DNA of 35,360 nucleotides from Bdellovibrionales bacterium. GTDB taxonomy: Bacteria > Bdellovibrionota > Bdellovibrionia > Bdellovibrionales > UBA840. A program made the position numbers and the translations under genes. Positions 1 through 9,781 of the stretch are shown piece after piece (position 1 is the first letter of the stretch; the number at the start of each line of letters is the position of its first letter). Under the pieces are notes generated by a model. That model was given only the letters and a program-made list of their open reading frames with translations. It made no database searches and was not told the DNA's origin. The DNA lies in contig JBBKWS010000103.1 in the NCBI GenBank assembly GCA_037969075.1, forward strand, positions 1 to 35,360, in the 5' to 3' direction.

Positions 1-37
1 CGAGGAAGTATTACACTCAACGCAAACGGATGATTAA
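1..37 (+). CDS. gspE: 3' end of probable type II secretion ATPase GspE (partial)
   Basis: Frame starting at nt 2 reads EEVLHSTQTDD* (TAA 35-37), resembling the EEVLRVT C-terminus of GspE/PilB ATPases. It ends 2 nt before gspF. Confidence 0.6.
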   Translation, partial: EEVLHSTQTDD

Positions 38-39
38 TT

Positions 40-1260
40 ATGCCTCTATTTGAATATCGTGGCGTAGGCCCTGGCGGAAAAAATCTTCGAGGCACAATTG
101 ATGCCGATAACGAAAGAACAGCCCGAGTAAAGCTAAAAAAAGAAGGCATATTTTTACAGAGTTTACGCAATCGCCAAAAAAGTATTAAAAAAGCCAATGC
201 CTCGAACTCTAGTTTACAACGTCAAGTTTCTGTTGAAGACATGGCCCTAATGACTAGACAGCTTGCGACTTTATTAAAAGCAAACATTCCACTGGTTGAA
301 TGTTTAAGTGGTGTCTCAGAACAATTAGAAAATCCTCAATTAAAAGCTGTCATGACTGACATCAGGGACCAAGTAAATGAAGGTAGCTCATTCCATAAAG
401 CTTTAAATAAATACCCCAAGGTGTTTAACGTCATTTATGTTAGTATGGCCGAAGCTGGGGAAGCCTCTGGGACGTTAGACGTAATCTTAATGAGACTGGC
501 CGAGTTTACAGAAGCACAGAGTGAACTTCGACAAAAAGTTATATCATCAATGATGTATCCTATTTTGATGATGGTTTTCACCTTAGGTGTTTTATTAATT
601 TTATTTATTTTCTTAATTCCAAAAATCACCATAATTTTTGATCAATTTCCAGAATTGGTTTTACCCTGGTATTCAAAAATGATTATTGATATCAGTGATT
701 TTTTAATCGAATATTGGCTGTTTTTATTTATTGCGGTAGCATCGATGGTCGCCATGTTTACACGTTGGAAGGCAACCCCCAACGGCTCCGCTCAGTGGGA
801 CACTGTTTTATTAAAACTCCCTGTGGTTGGCAAAATGACAAGAATGATTGCCGTTAGTAGATTTACACGTACTTTAAGTACATTGCTTACTGGCGGTGTT
901 CCGATGCTACAATCCATGGACATCGTAAAAAATGTGGTAAGCAATCATGTTTTAGAAAAAGCTGTTATTGCCGCCCGCGATAATATTAGTGAGGGAGAAA
1001 ATATTTCTGGACCTCTTAAAAGATCCGGAGAGTTTCCGCCGCTTGTAATCCATATGATTAATATTGGCGAAAAAACGGGCGAATTAGAAGTGATGCTAAC
1101 GCAGGTCAGCGATGCCTATGACTTTCAAGTAAAGAACTCAGTTGAAGGCTTAACAAGCATTTTACAGCCCGTAATGATAGTTTTTATGGGAATAGTTGTA
1201 GGAGTTATAGTTTTAGCTATAATGGTTCCTATATTTGAACTACAAAATATTGCGCAATAA
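40..1260 (+). CDS. gspF: Type II secretion inner-membrane platform protein GspF
   Basis: MPLFEYRG start; TRQLATLLKANIPL; GEASGTLD; MINIGEKTGEL; three TM segments; position in the gsp operon. Confidence 0.95.
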   Translation: MPLFEYRGVGPGGKNLRGTIDADNERTARVKLKKEGIFLQSLRNRQKSIKKANASNSSLQRQVSVEDMALMTRQLATLLKANIPLVECLSGVSEQLENPQLKAVMTDIRDQVNEGSSFHKALNKYPKVFNVIYVSMAEAGEASGTLDVILMRLAEFTEAQSELRQKVISSMMYPILMMVFTLGVLLILFIFLIPKITIIFDQFPELVLPWYSKMIIDISDFLIEYWLFLFIAVASMVAMFTRWKATPNGSAQWDTVLLKLPVVGKMTRMIAVSRFTRTLSTLLTGGVPMLQSMDIVKNVVSNHVLEKAVIAARDNISEGENISGPLKRSGEFPPLVIHMINIGEKTGELEVMLTQVSDAYDFQVKNSVEGLTSILQPVMIVFMGIVVGVIVLAIMVPIFELQNIAQ

Positions 1261-1273
1261 GAGGAGCTATTCA

Positions 1274-1708
1274 ATGAGAGCAAGACAAATACTTCGTAAC
1301 CAAGCAGGCATGACATTAATTGAAATCGTGATCGTTTTGGCCATCATCGTGGGAATGGTTTCTTTGTTTTCAGGTAAAGTTATCGACACATTCAGTAAGT
1401 CTAAAATCAGTAGTGCTAAAATTCAATTTTCAGAAATTGGAAAAGCTTTAGAGATGTACAATATAGACTGTAACTCTTATCCCACTACAGAAGAAGGCCT
1501 TATTGCACTTGCAGAATCTAGCGCCAGATGTAAAAATTGGGGCCCAAAACCCTATATAAAAAAACAACTTCTTAATGATCCATGGGGCAATGAGCTAATT
1601 TATGAAAGAACCACTAGCTCTGATTTTGTAATCATCTCACTCGGCGCCGATGGCAATGAAGGCGGAGAAGGTTTAGATGCCGATATCCGCTCAGATGCAC
1701 AAGACTAA
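1274..1708 (+). CDS. gspG: Major pseudopilin GspG
   Basis: Prepilin site QAG|MTLIEIVIV; YPTTEEGL; DPWGNELIY; SLGADG. Start placed at ATG 1274, after GAGGAG (1261-1266). Confidence 0.9.
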   Translation: MRARQILRNQAGMTLIEIVIVLAIIVGMVSLFSGKVIDTFSKSKISSAKIQFSEIGKALEMYNIDCNSYPTTEEGLIALAESSARCKNWGPKPYIKKQLLNDPWGNELIYERTTSSDFVIISLGADGNEGGEGLDADIRSDAQD

Positions 1709-2315
1709 GTTTCCTTCAATCAAGGCAAGCAACAAAGGTTTTACCTTACTAGAAGTGATGGTCGTTATGGCCATTATTATTGGCATTGTAGCCATTGTTA
1801 TTACTAACTTACAGCCTCCCGGCAGAAGTGTTAGAGCAGATATTAGAAATATTCTAGTCATAGCAAAACGTTTAAATCAACAAGCGCAACTTGATGGTAA
1901 AATGTATAGAATCGTTTTTGATCTCAATAATGAACAGGGAGTCTATTGGGTAGAATCGGCCAACCGTAAAACGGCAGGCTCTGCAAACCCTACAGCAACA
2001 CCGTTTGGCGGAGGCTCAGATAGCGATGAGAAAGACCCAAGAGATTTTGCGTTAGATGCAAGAATCTTAAAGAGCAAAGCCAAGCTCCCAAAAGGTTTTC
2101 GTTTTTTAAAAATTATTTTAGTGGATCAAGATTTAGCTTTTGAAGAAGGCGTTGGTTATGTGCACTTTTTCCCTCAGGGACTTGCTGACGCAGCTATCAT
2201 TCAAATTGCCAACGAAGACGAGAGCTTTAGTTGGACACTAGTGACTAACCCCTTAAGCGGAAATATCCAGCTTATTGACGGCTTGTTTTCAGAAAAAGAT
2301 CTTGTACGCAAATAA
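1677..2315 (+). CDS. gspH: Minor pseudopilin GspH-like
   Basis: Prepilin motif KG|FTLLEVMVV; VHFFPQG motif; follows gspG. Confidence 0.75.
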   Translation: MPISAQMHKTKFPSIKASNKGFTLLEVMVVMAIIIGIVAIVITNLQPPGRSVRADIRNILVIAKRLNQQAQLDGKMYRIVFDLNNEQGVYWVESANRKTAGSANPTATPFGGGSDSDEKDPRDFALDARILKSKAKLPKGFRFLKIILVDQDLAFEEGVGYVHFFPQGLADAAIIQIANEDESFSWTLVTNPLSGNIQLIDGLFSEKDLVRK

Positions 2316-2394
2316 TTTTATACCCATGTGTCTTTAAGCATAAAATAAGCAGCCAACAATAGACTTCATCTCAATTTTGAACCAAAATAAATGC

Positions 2395-2883
2395 ATGTCT
2401 AGTAAAAGTTCGGATGGCTTTACTTTAATTGAGGTTATGATCGCACTGCTCATTTTAGCGGTGGCACTCACTATACTCAACACCTCTACTACATCTAGTA
2501 TCGCTAGTGTGCAAAAAGCTGGCGCACTTGAAACTATTGCGCAACTTCTACAGCAAAAAGCCAGTGAATTTGAACTAACCTATAAAGGCAAAAAATTTGA
2601 GGAACTGAAAGAATCCGAGACTGGGGACTTTGGCTCTGATTACCCAATGTACCGCTGGACAGTGCAGGTTGAAGACTTCCCTGCCCCTAACCTAGCAGGC
2701 ATGGCGCAACAAGATGAAGGGCAAGAAGAAATGCTCTTAACTATTTTAAATAAATTTTCTGAGCACTTACAAAAAGCTGCTAAAGAAGTAAAGGTCACTG
2801 TGTTTTGGAAAGCAGGAGAAAAAGAGCAAGAATATTCAGTAACTTTTTTATTGGTTGATTATGAAACACCTATTGGGATCTAA
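2395..2883 (+). CDS. gspI: Minor pseudopilin GspI-like
   Basis: Prepilin motif DG|FTLIEVMIALLIL; YRWTVQV and EVKVTVFW strands. Start is ATG 2395, with TTG 2377 as an alternative. Confidence 0.75.
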   Translation: MSSKSSDGFTLIEVMIALLILAVALTILNTSTTSSIASVQKAGALETIAQLLQQKASEFELTYKGKKFEELKESETGDFGSDYPMYRWTVQVEDFPAPNLAGMAQQDEGQEEMLLTILNKFSEHLQKAAKEVKVTVFWKAGEKEQEYSVTFLLVDYETPIGI

Positions 2884-3778
2884 ATCAGGATTTACCTTAC
2901 TAGAAATAGTGATCGCTATTACTATTATGGCAAGCCTCTCTTATTTATCCGCCATTAGCATAAGTAACGCAATTACTGCAAAGACCAAACTACAAACTAG
3001 AATTGATGTTTCTTCTGAAGTTAGAACTGCCTTAAAAGTAATTGAAAAAGATATTAAGTCCGCATTTCATTACAATAACTTTAACTATGACCTTTTGATT
3101 CAGATAAAAAAAGATCAAGTAAAGGCCGCAAATCCCAATCAACCTGGTCAAGACGGTGAAAATGCGCCTCCTCCACCTGATGCTCCACCTCCACCTCCAC
3201 CAGCAAAACCAGGCGGCTCCCAAGATGGTCCTACCAAAAAAACTGTTGTTAACTTAATTGATGATTATTTATCTAAGTATAAAAAAGCAACTGACCAGTC
3301 ACAGTTTTTAGGCGGAAAGGAATCTCTTAACTTCACAAGTCTTAATCATGTAAGACGGTTTCAAGATGCACAAGAAAGCGATCAGATGGAAGTTGGGTAT
3401 TATTTGGCCGAATGCCGTGAACTTTTAAATGCCGATAAGCGCAGCCAATGCCTTTGGCGCCGAGAAAGTCCATTTGTAGATAAAAATATTGAAGAAGGAG
3501 GCGGGACTTCTGTACTAATGGAAAATGTAAAGTCCCTGACATTTCAATATAAAACAAAAAAAGAAATGGAAGACCCTGATACTGACTGGAGAGACTCTTG
3601 GAAGTCGGATGAATCAGGAGATGCCGTCACCAGAGGAAAATTTCCTGATGTAGTAAAAGTCAGTATAGAAGCCGAGATAAAAGGACGTAGCATTAAAAAT
3701 ATCATCATAATACCTATTGATTTTGTTAATAACAAGGAGACAAAGACAAATGCCCCGGCACAAAATCCAGTCCGATAA
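2861..3778 (+). CDS. gspJ: Minor pseudopilin GspJ-like, with proline-rich insertion
   Basis: SG|FTLLEIVIAI; EVGYYL...LWRRE; WRDSWKS; FPDVVKVSI; operon position. Confidence 0.8.
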   Translation: MKHLLGSKSGFTLLEIVIAITIMASLSYLSAISISNAITAKTKLQTRIDVSSEVRTALKVIEKDIKSAFHYNNFNYDLLIQIKKDQVKAANPNQPGQDGENAPPPPDAPPPPPPAKPGGSQDGPTKKTVVNLIDDYLSKYKKATDQSQFLGGKESLNFTSLNHVRRFQDAQESDQMEVGYYLAECRELLNADKRSQCLWRRESPFVDKNIEEGGGTSVLMENVKSLTFQYKTKKEMEDPDTDWRDSWKSDESGDAVTRGKFPDVVKVSIEAEIKGRSIKNIIIIPIDFVNNKETKTNAPAQNPVR

Positions 3779-4997
3779 TCAAGGCGTAGCACTTCTTACA
3801 GCCCTATTTGCCGTGATTATTATCTCCTATTTATCTGTAGAGATTAGCTACGAAGCTGGTATAGAGTATCGCCTTGCCAAAAATAAAATTGATGAAATAA
3901 AAGCAAGCTATGCCGCGAAATCTGGGGCAGAGCTAAGCCTTCTTAGAGTTGCTATTTACAAGCAAGTCTCTGCACAGTTTGGCGAACAAATCCCAAACCC
4001 GAAATTATTAGATATGATTTGGAGCTTCCCTTTTGCCTGGCCCCCTGCTGTGGGTGAAGATGCTAGTATGGGCACAAAAGAAGAGATTAACACCATTCGT
4101 GAAGACACCATGCAAGATGCCATGTGGTCCACACAAATTTTAAGTGAAAGCACTAAGTTTGATATCAATGATTTAAACTCTCCTGTTGAAAGCCTGCAAA
4201 AAGCCATTCGCGAAAAACTCACTACACTTTTAAAAAACCGATTAGACAAAGAGGATGCTTGGGCCGAGAGAAATCGTGATCTCAAAGTCGATGAAATCGT
4301 AAATAATATTATCGATTGGGTGGATGCTGATTCCGAGTCACTTAACGGAGGGGATGAAGGAAGAAACTATCAAAATGTAATCCCTGAAGGCTCTGATTTA
4401 GCCTTACCACCTAACAGAGACTTTAAAACACTTGAAGAACTTCATATGGTTGATGGAATGACTGATGATATCTATGATGTCATCGCGCCTGTTGTAACTA
4501 TTTACGGAGTTAAGGGTGTTAATGTTAATTATGCTGAATCCGATTTACTACGCGCCATCGACCCACAAATCACCGAAGAAATTGCCGGTGAGATTATCAG
4601 TAGAAGAAAAAATCCTGACACCGGTCCATTTAAAGACCTTGAAGATTTTGAAGGCTTCATCAAAGGTATTGGGGTAGATACATCCACATATAACGAGAAT
4701 AAACTTCCCCTGCGATTTAAAAAAGAATTTAACTTTCGTATCAGTAGTATTGGCTCTTTTGGCAATCAAACAAAAGAGATTGTCGCTATCGTCTTTGATA
4801 TAACCAACGCAAAGGCAGAGATTACAAAACTCCTAGAAGAACAGATAAAGCAGGGAGGTGACCCAGATGAAGATGAGGACGATCCTTCACAGCCTCGGAA
4901 ACCTGCTCCAGGGAACAATCCTCCAAAAGAGGACGCTGATAAAAAAGACAGCTTCGATAAAGGCCGCCCCACCATTCTATATTGGAAGGAATCCTAG
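3750..4997 (+). CDS. gspK: Minor pseudopilin GspK
   Basis: QG|VALLTAL without Glu+5 (typical of GspK); ESTKFDINDL; IIDWVDAD; FKTLEELHMVDGM; VNVNYA. ATG 3750 follows AAGGAGA. Confidence 0.9.
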   Translation: MPRHKIQSDNQGVALLTALFAVIIISYLSVEISYEAGIEYRLAKNKIDEIKASYAAKSGAELSLLRVAIYKQVSAQFGEQIPNPKLLDMIWSFPFAWPPAVGEDASMGTKEEINTIREDTMQDAMWSTQILSESTKFDINDLNSPVESLQKAIREKLTTLLKNRLDKEDAWAERNRDLKVDEIVNNIIDWVDADSESLNGGDEGRNYQNVIPEGSDLALPPNRDFKTLEELHMVDGMTDDIYDVIAPVVTIYGVKGVNVNYAESDLLRAIDPQITEEIAGEIISRRKNPDTGPFKDLEDFEGFIKGIGVDTSTYNENKLPLRFKKEFNFRISSIGSFGNQTKEIVAIVFDITNAKAEITKLLEEQIKQGGDPDEDEDDPSQPRKPAPGNNPPKEDADKKDSFDKGRPTILYWKES

Positions 4998-5019
4998 ACT
5001 ATCGTCGAAAGACATTTTC

Positions 5020-5048
5020 TTGTCCATAAGTACTCATCCAGATATACT
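5020..5048 (+). promoter_or_regulatory. Candidate internal sigma70-type promoter for gspLMN
   Basis: TTGTCC-N17-TATACT in the 72-bp gap between gspK and gspL. Confidence 0.45.
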
Positions 5049-5069
5049 TAGTGTAACCAGGGAAGGTGT

Positions 5070-6713
5070 ATGCGTAGCATAGGAATTGACATCGGCACCT
5101 ATAGTATAAAATACGCTGAAATTGAGTACAGCAATAAGAGCTATAGTTTAAAATCATTTCACGAATTCATTCTACCTCAGGATCCAAGTGTTGATCCTTT
5201 TATACACATTATTGATGCACTAAAAAAAATAGCCAACAAGTATGACACCGACTTAGATCGTTTTGTACTTGGAATCAGACAAGAATATGTATGCAATAGA
5301 ATGCTTGAGTTTCCTTTTAAGCAAAAATTTAAAATTGAAAAGTCCATTGGATTTGAGCTAGAAGACGATCTTCCTTTTGATATTGAAGATGCTATTATCT
5401 CTCCAAAAATCATACAAACATCTGGCGAAGCCTCTTCGGTGATGGCATTTGCTGCGCTTAAAGCTAACATTGCAGCAATTATTAAAGTTTGTAACGATGT
5501 AGGTATAGACCCAGATATAGTTAGCTGTGAAGGTGCTGCTCTTAGTAATTTTTTTGAAATTTGGTCGGAAGCTCCAAGAGATAAGCCCTTAGATCTAACC
5601 AGCACTGAACAAACAGAATGCATAGTAACTATTTACTTGGGGCATTCAAAAAGTTTGATGGCCGTACACCACAAACAGCAATTAATTGGTTTAAGAAGTA
5701 TTCACTTTGGTGGCCTTGAAATCGCACAAGCTATAGCCAAAAAATATAACATATCTATTATTGAGGCCCTAAAGACCTTGCAAGAAAAAGCCTTCATTCT
5801 TACTTCACAAAAAAATGTTAGTCAGGATCAAATCACTTTCTCTAACCTTATAGCTTCTAGTGTCGACACCATGGCAACAGAAGTTAAGAGACATCTGATT
5901 TCTATCGAAGCTGAAAAAAATATTCGGGTCACACAAATTTTTATTAGTGGCGGAACCTCTAAAATAATGAACTTATGCCAGCACCTAACTCAGTGTTTCA
6001 CCTTGCCAGTAAATTTAATCGAGTTTGACGAAAGGTTAAAGACGTCACTAATACAAGTTCCCAAAGAAAAGTTTCATAATGCCCTTATCTCTGTAGGGTT
6101 AGCTATTGAAGGCCTTCGTCCCAATAAAAATCCTCCTATTCAGTTCAGAAAACTAGAGCTAGCCAAGCAAAGCCAAACCCTACACATATTCGTCGAGAAG
6201 TGGGGAAGCACTCTAAAAACTATGGCTGCCCTACTTGCTATATTTTTTATATATACATTTACTAAAAGTATCGTAACAGACCAGATGCAGACATACTCTA
6301 ATCAAAAATTAAAAGCGCAGGCCACAAAAATTGGTCTTAAAGGTAGAGAGGCTACTACAAACGCAATCCAACGCTACATCACTAACCAAAGAAATGATTT
6401 AAAAGCCAAAGAGATTATTTCAGATTTACAAAAAATAAACTCTCCTCTTGATATTATGTTAACTCTTAGTAAGAGTGTCCCCGCGGCAAACTCTATCACC
6501 TTAGATGTGAGAAAATTCTCTATTAAAGAAAACATTTTAAGCTTAGAGGGACATGTCGACAACCAGCAACAGATCAATGTATTAAAATCGGCACTTAGCT
6601 CAATAAATATCAACAAAACGTTACAAACACCTCCATTCTCCATAGCAAGGGAAAGCAATAAGCAGCCTTTTTCATACGAGTTAAAAGTAAAACGTAATGT
6701 GGGAGAATTGTAA
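5070..6713 (+). CDS. gspL: GspL-like protein: PilM-like actin-fold domain, TM segment and PilN-like periplasmic domain
   Basis: SIGIDIGTYSIK and IFISGGTSK actin-fold motifs; one TM near residue 385; lies between gspK and gspM. Confidence 0.8.
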   Translation: MRSIGIDIGTYSIKYAEIEYSNKSYSLKSFHEFILPQDPSVDPFIHIIDALKKIANKYDTDLDRFVLGIRQEYVCNRMLEFPFKQKFKIEKSIGFELEDDLPFDIEDAIISPKIIQTSGEASSVMAFAALKANIAAIIKVCNDVGIDPDIVSCEGAALSNFFEIWSEAPRDKPLDLTSTEQTECIVTIYLGHSKSLMAVHHKQQLIGLRSIHFGGLEIAQAIAKKYNISIIEALKTLQEKAFILTSQKNVSQDQITFSNLIASSVDTMATEVKRHLISIEAEKNIRVTQIFISGGTSKIMNLCQHLTQCFTLPVNLIEFDERLKTSLIQVPKEKFHNALISVGLAIEGLRPNKNPPIQFRKLELAKQSQTLHIFVEKWGSTLKTMAALLAIFFIYTFTKSIVTDQMQTYSNQKLKAQATKIGLKGREATTNAIQRYITNQRNDLKAKEIISDLQKINSPLDIMLTLSKSVPAANSITLDVRKFSIKENILSLEGHVDNQQQINVLKSALSSININKTLQTPPFSIARESNKQPFSYELKVKRNVGEL

Positions 6714-7348
6714 TGAGTTTTGATGACATCAAAGAACAGGTAGTAGAGTCCGCAAAGTTTTATATTGAAAAGGTCAGAGAAAACCCCTTGTTCATTCAAG
6801 CGCAAGAAAAGTATGAAGAATTAAGTCCGAATGTACAAAAATTGATTCGTTACGGCGCTGCATTTTTGTTGGTTTATTTTGTGTTTAGCTTTCCTATCTC
6901 TTGGAACAACGAAGCAAATGAAAACTTAGCTAAATATCAAAAGAATCGTGGACTCATTGAAGGATTACTAAATATACAAACTGAAATCAAAAATGCACCC
7001 GATGTAAAAACAAAGGTTGATGCAACTTTTTTGCAAACTCAAACTAATGAGCTGATTGAAAAAATTGGCCTTGCAAAAGAGCAAGTGACGTCATCTAGTA
7101 TTGTCACTAGCGCCCAGAGAGAGTTTACATTTATTCCTAAAGGGATTAACTACGTTGGTGTGCAAATAGTCTTAAACAAATTAAATCTTACTCAAACTCT
7201 AGATATTGGTACTAAGTTACAAAATATCAATAATGATGCAAAACTTATTGAGTTAAGTATGAATGCCAATAAAGACGATAATCATTACTATGATGTTACC
7301 TACTTATTAGCTAGCTTCACTGGCGCTGGGGCGGGAAGCAATGAATAG
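6713..7348 (+). CDS. gspM: GspM-like protein
   Basis: YEELSPNVQK followed by one TM segment and a small periplasmic domain; translationally coupled to gspL. Confidence 0.6.
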   Translation: MSFDDIKEQVVESAKFYIEKVRENPLFIQAQEKYEELSPNVQKLIRYGAAFLLVYFVFSFPISWNNEANENLAKYQKNRGLIEGLLNIQTEIKNAPDVKTKVDATFLQTQTNELIEKIGLAKEQVTSSSIVTSAQREFTFIPKGINYVGVQIVLNKLNLTQTLDIGTKLQNINNDAKLIELSMNANKDDNHYYDVTYLLASFTGAGAGSNE

Positions 7349-8291
7349 AGAATTCTTCAAGAAATCTTTGTCAGTTTTTTTAAAAATTGTTTTGCCGTGC
7401 TTTATTGTATTCAGCTTCATTTTATTTCCGATCAATGATTTAAGAGGTATAATCAGTCAAAAAATTTCCCAGGCCACACAAAATCAAGTCTCTTTAGATT
7501 TTTTAAAAATGAATTTAAATTTTTTACCAAAGCCTTCTCTTGAGTTAGAAAAAGTAAGTTTATCTACCCCGCAATTTTCAACTTTAAAGATGGCGAGCCT
7601 TCAAATTTCTCCCTCTATTCTTGGTTTAATTACTTTAAAACCTGGTGTCACACTTTTTGGTGAGAATTTATTCGGCGGAAACTTTGATTTTAGTCTGCGT
7701 TCAGGATCTAGTAATAGTAAGTCTCAAACCAAACAGGTCATCCAACTATCCGCACAGAATATCGCTATAGATGAGTTACTGCGGTTTTTAAGCCTAGGAT
7801 TTAAAGGTAGTGGTAATCTACAAATCAATCTTGATTCTACCCTAGATCCTGCTGGTCAAGAGACCGAAGCTAGTATAAAAATTGATTCTAGAGACATCAT
7901 CTTGCCCGAAAATAATATCCCCACTCAAATTGGTGCTGTCACCCTACCTCCAGCTAAAATTAGTGTTTTACAACTAGAGGGTGATTTGAAAAAAAATAAA
8001 TTTCGAATCACCAAAGGAAGTATAGGCAAAGATGGGGACACGTTAACTGGCAGTATAGAGGGAACCATAGATATGCGTGTAATGACTGGTCCCCAAGGGC
8101 CGCAAGTAGTCCCTACCGGTTATGACTTAGTTGTGCGCTTACGCCTAAAAAATACATTTTTAGATGCATTTGCCCTTAAACCAGTTATAGAAAATTTTAG
8201 ATCATCACAATCAGATAAGGACTCTGTCTTTAATCTATCTCTTAGCGCTACAAGCATGCGCTCCCCGCCGACTATCACCAAGATACAGTAA
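7341..8291 (+). CDS. gspN: GspN-like protein
   Basis: N-terminal TM ending LFP, then a beta-rich body (LFGGNF); last gene of the gsp cluster. Confidence 0.7.
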   Translation: MNREFFKKSLSVFLKIVLPCFIVFSFILFPINDLRGIISQKISQATQNQVSLDFLKMNLNFLPKPSLELEKVSLSTPQFSTLKMASLQISPSILGLITLKPGVTLFGENLFGGNFDFSLRSGSSNSKSQTKQVIQLSAQNIAIDELLRFLSLGFKGSGNLQINLDSTLDPAGQETEASIKIDSRDIILPENNIPTQIGAVTLPPAKISVLQLEGDLKKNKFRITKGSIGKDGDTLTGSIEGTIDMRVMTGPQGPQVVPTGYDLVVRLRLKNTFLDAFALKPVIENFRSSQSDKDSVFNLSLSATSMRSPPTITKIQ

Positions 8292-8418
8292 GCAGGTTTT
8301 TCACTCTTCTTAACAGGTGCCAGAAGTAAACTTTTCAATATTTACTTTTTAAATTAAGATCAAAAAAAACACTGCTACTACTCTAATAGTAAATTTACAT
8401 TACTGTTGGGGAGAATCT

Positions 8419-8973
8419 ATGAAAACCATACTACTAATCACTTCTATTTTACTTGCTACAGGAGCCGTCCAAGCAAATGACGTAATACAAAACTGCTATG
8501 CAACCAATACAACTGAGTTTTTTGCTAATAAGCTAGAGGACATTGCCATAGAAAAAGAAACAGCTGTACTACTTTTGAATGATAAAAAAGAAGTTGTTGG
8601 TGTAATGTCCGTTTCTCCTAAAAGATCAGAAAAATATCCTCATACAGCTAACAAGGTAGAAGTAAATAGCATCTCTTTCTGCTCTACTCTAGCGGTTGAT
8701 GAATTTTATTACGCCGATGATGACCTACTTGATTGGACAGCAAAAGACAACATTAGTATCACTCAGGATGAGGGTCTTTTGATGATCAACGCGACTGTAA
8801 TTGAAAGTGGTCGTTACGCAACTTTGTATAAAGCAAGTTTTAATGCCTACGACGTTTTTAATGAAGAAGATGACGTTAGAGGAGAAGGTCAGCCTAATTT
8901 TATTGAGGATTGGGGATTGCCTAAAGGACAAGGGGATTTTTACTTTTATATGCCATCAAACTGGTCTAAGTAA
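8419..8973 (+). CDS. Secreted acidic hypothetical protein
   Basis: Signal peptide ending AVQA; RBS GGGGAG; no recognised family. Confidence 0.75.
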   Translation: MKTILLITSILLATGAVQANDVIQNCYATNTTEFFANKLEDIAIEKETAVLLLNDKKEVVGVMSVSPKRSEKYPHTANKVEVNSISFCSTLAVDEFYYADDDLLDWTAKDNISITQDEGLLMINATVIESGRYATLYKASFNAYDVFNEEDDVRGEGQPNFIEDWGLPKGQGDFYFYMPSNWSK

Positions 8974-9166
8974 CCAATTAGAGATTGGCATATGCCAAGA
9001 AGCATTGCTTCACAGGCCAATCTCAATATTTCAAAAAACCCTGTATTTTCAGGCCCCCACTTGAGCGATTTTTTTCTCACTTTTATTCAAAGCACTTTTC
9101 TGACAAAAGCCATTGACCTCTCCCAGCTCATAAGGTCATATCTACAATTTTATAGGGGAGATAAAT

Positions 9167-9598
9167 ATGTCTGGAGTAAATAAAGTCATTATAATAGGTC
9201 GTTTAGGAAATGATCCTGAATTAAAGCAAACTACTGGCGGTCAAAGTGTTTGTACTTTGAGCATTGCTACAAGCGAAGCTTGGAAAGATCAAAACGGTCA
9301 AAAACAAGAACGAACTGAATGGCACCGTGTTGTTGTTTGGGGTAAATCTGGAGAAAATTGCGCTAAGTATTTAAGCAAAGGTCGCCAAGCATACGTTGAA
9401 GGTCGCTTACAAACTAGATCTTGGGAAGACCAAAGCGGACAAAAGAAATATTCTACTGAAATCGTAGCTACTACTGTTCAGTTTTTAGGAGGAGGCGCGA
9501 ATGCTTCTGACTCAAGCACTGCCAGCTCTGGCAACAATAGTAATCATGACTTCACACCTGAGCCATTTTTTGATGCTAACGAAGACGTACCGTTCTGA
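9167..9598 (+). CDS. ssb: Single-stranded DNA-binding protein
   Basis: [35 protein letters not shown]; acidic tail EDVPF. Confidence 0.98.
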   Translation: MSGVNKVIIIGRLGNDPELKQTTGGQSVCTLSIATSEAWKDQNGQKQERTEWHRVVVWGKSGENCAKYLSKGRQAYVEGRLQTRSWEDQSGQKKYSTEIVATTVQFLGGGANASDSSTASSGNNSNHDFTPEPFFDANEDVPF

Positions 9599-9628
9599 TT
9601 ATAAAACGTCTAAAAATTTAAGCATATC

Positions 9629-9654
9629 AAAGGGGACTATTCGTCCCCTTTTTT
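9629..9654 (+). terminator. Rho-independent terminator after ssb
   Basis: AAAGGGGAC-tattc-GTCCCCTTT followed by a T tract. Confidence 0.85.
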
Positions 9655-9715
9655 ATTAGACAGTACCCTAAAGACACCACTTACCACGCGATAAGGACGT
9701 AGAACTTATTTGAAG

Positions 9716-9730
9716 TGGTACAGTCTTTGC
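9716..9730 (+). promoter_or_regulatory. Candidate sigma54 (-24/-12) promoter
   Basis: TGGTACAGTCTTTGC matches TGGCAC-N5-TTGC with one mismatch and exact GG-N10-GC spacing. It lies about 50 nt upstream of ATG 9782. Confidence 0.6.
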
Positions 9731-9781
9731 CCCTCTTTAGTTTGCAAGTATAATTTTGCAACCATTAAAGGGGGTTATAAA

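Noticed and set aside
8324..8350. AAGTAAA...TTTACTT hairpin plus T run after gspN as a terminator
   Set aside because: The stem is almost all A-T with a 10-nt loop, too weak to call.
9114..9138. TGACCT-N13-AGGTCA dyad upstream of ssb as an SOS/regulator box
   Set aside because: The arms are only 6 bp, it matches no LexA box I can confirm, and chance is plausible.
8801..9183. Small plus-strand ORFs 8801-9064 and 8992-9183
   Set aside because: They overlap real genes or the ssb promoter region and have no RBS or homology cues.
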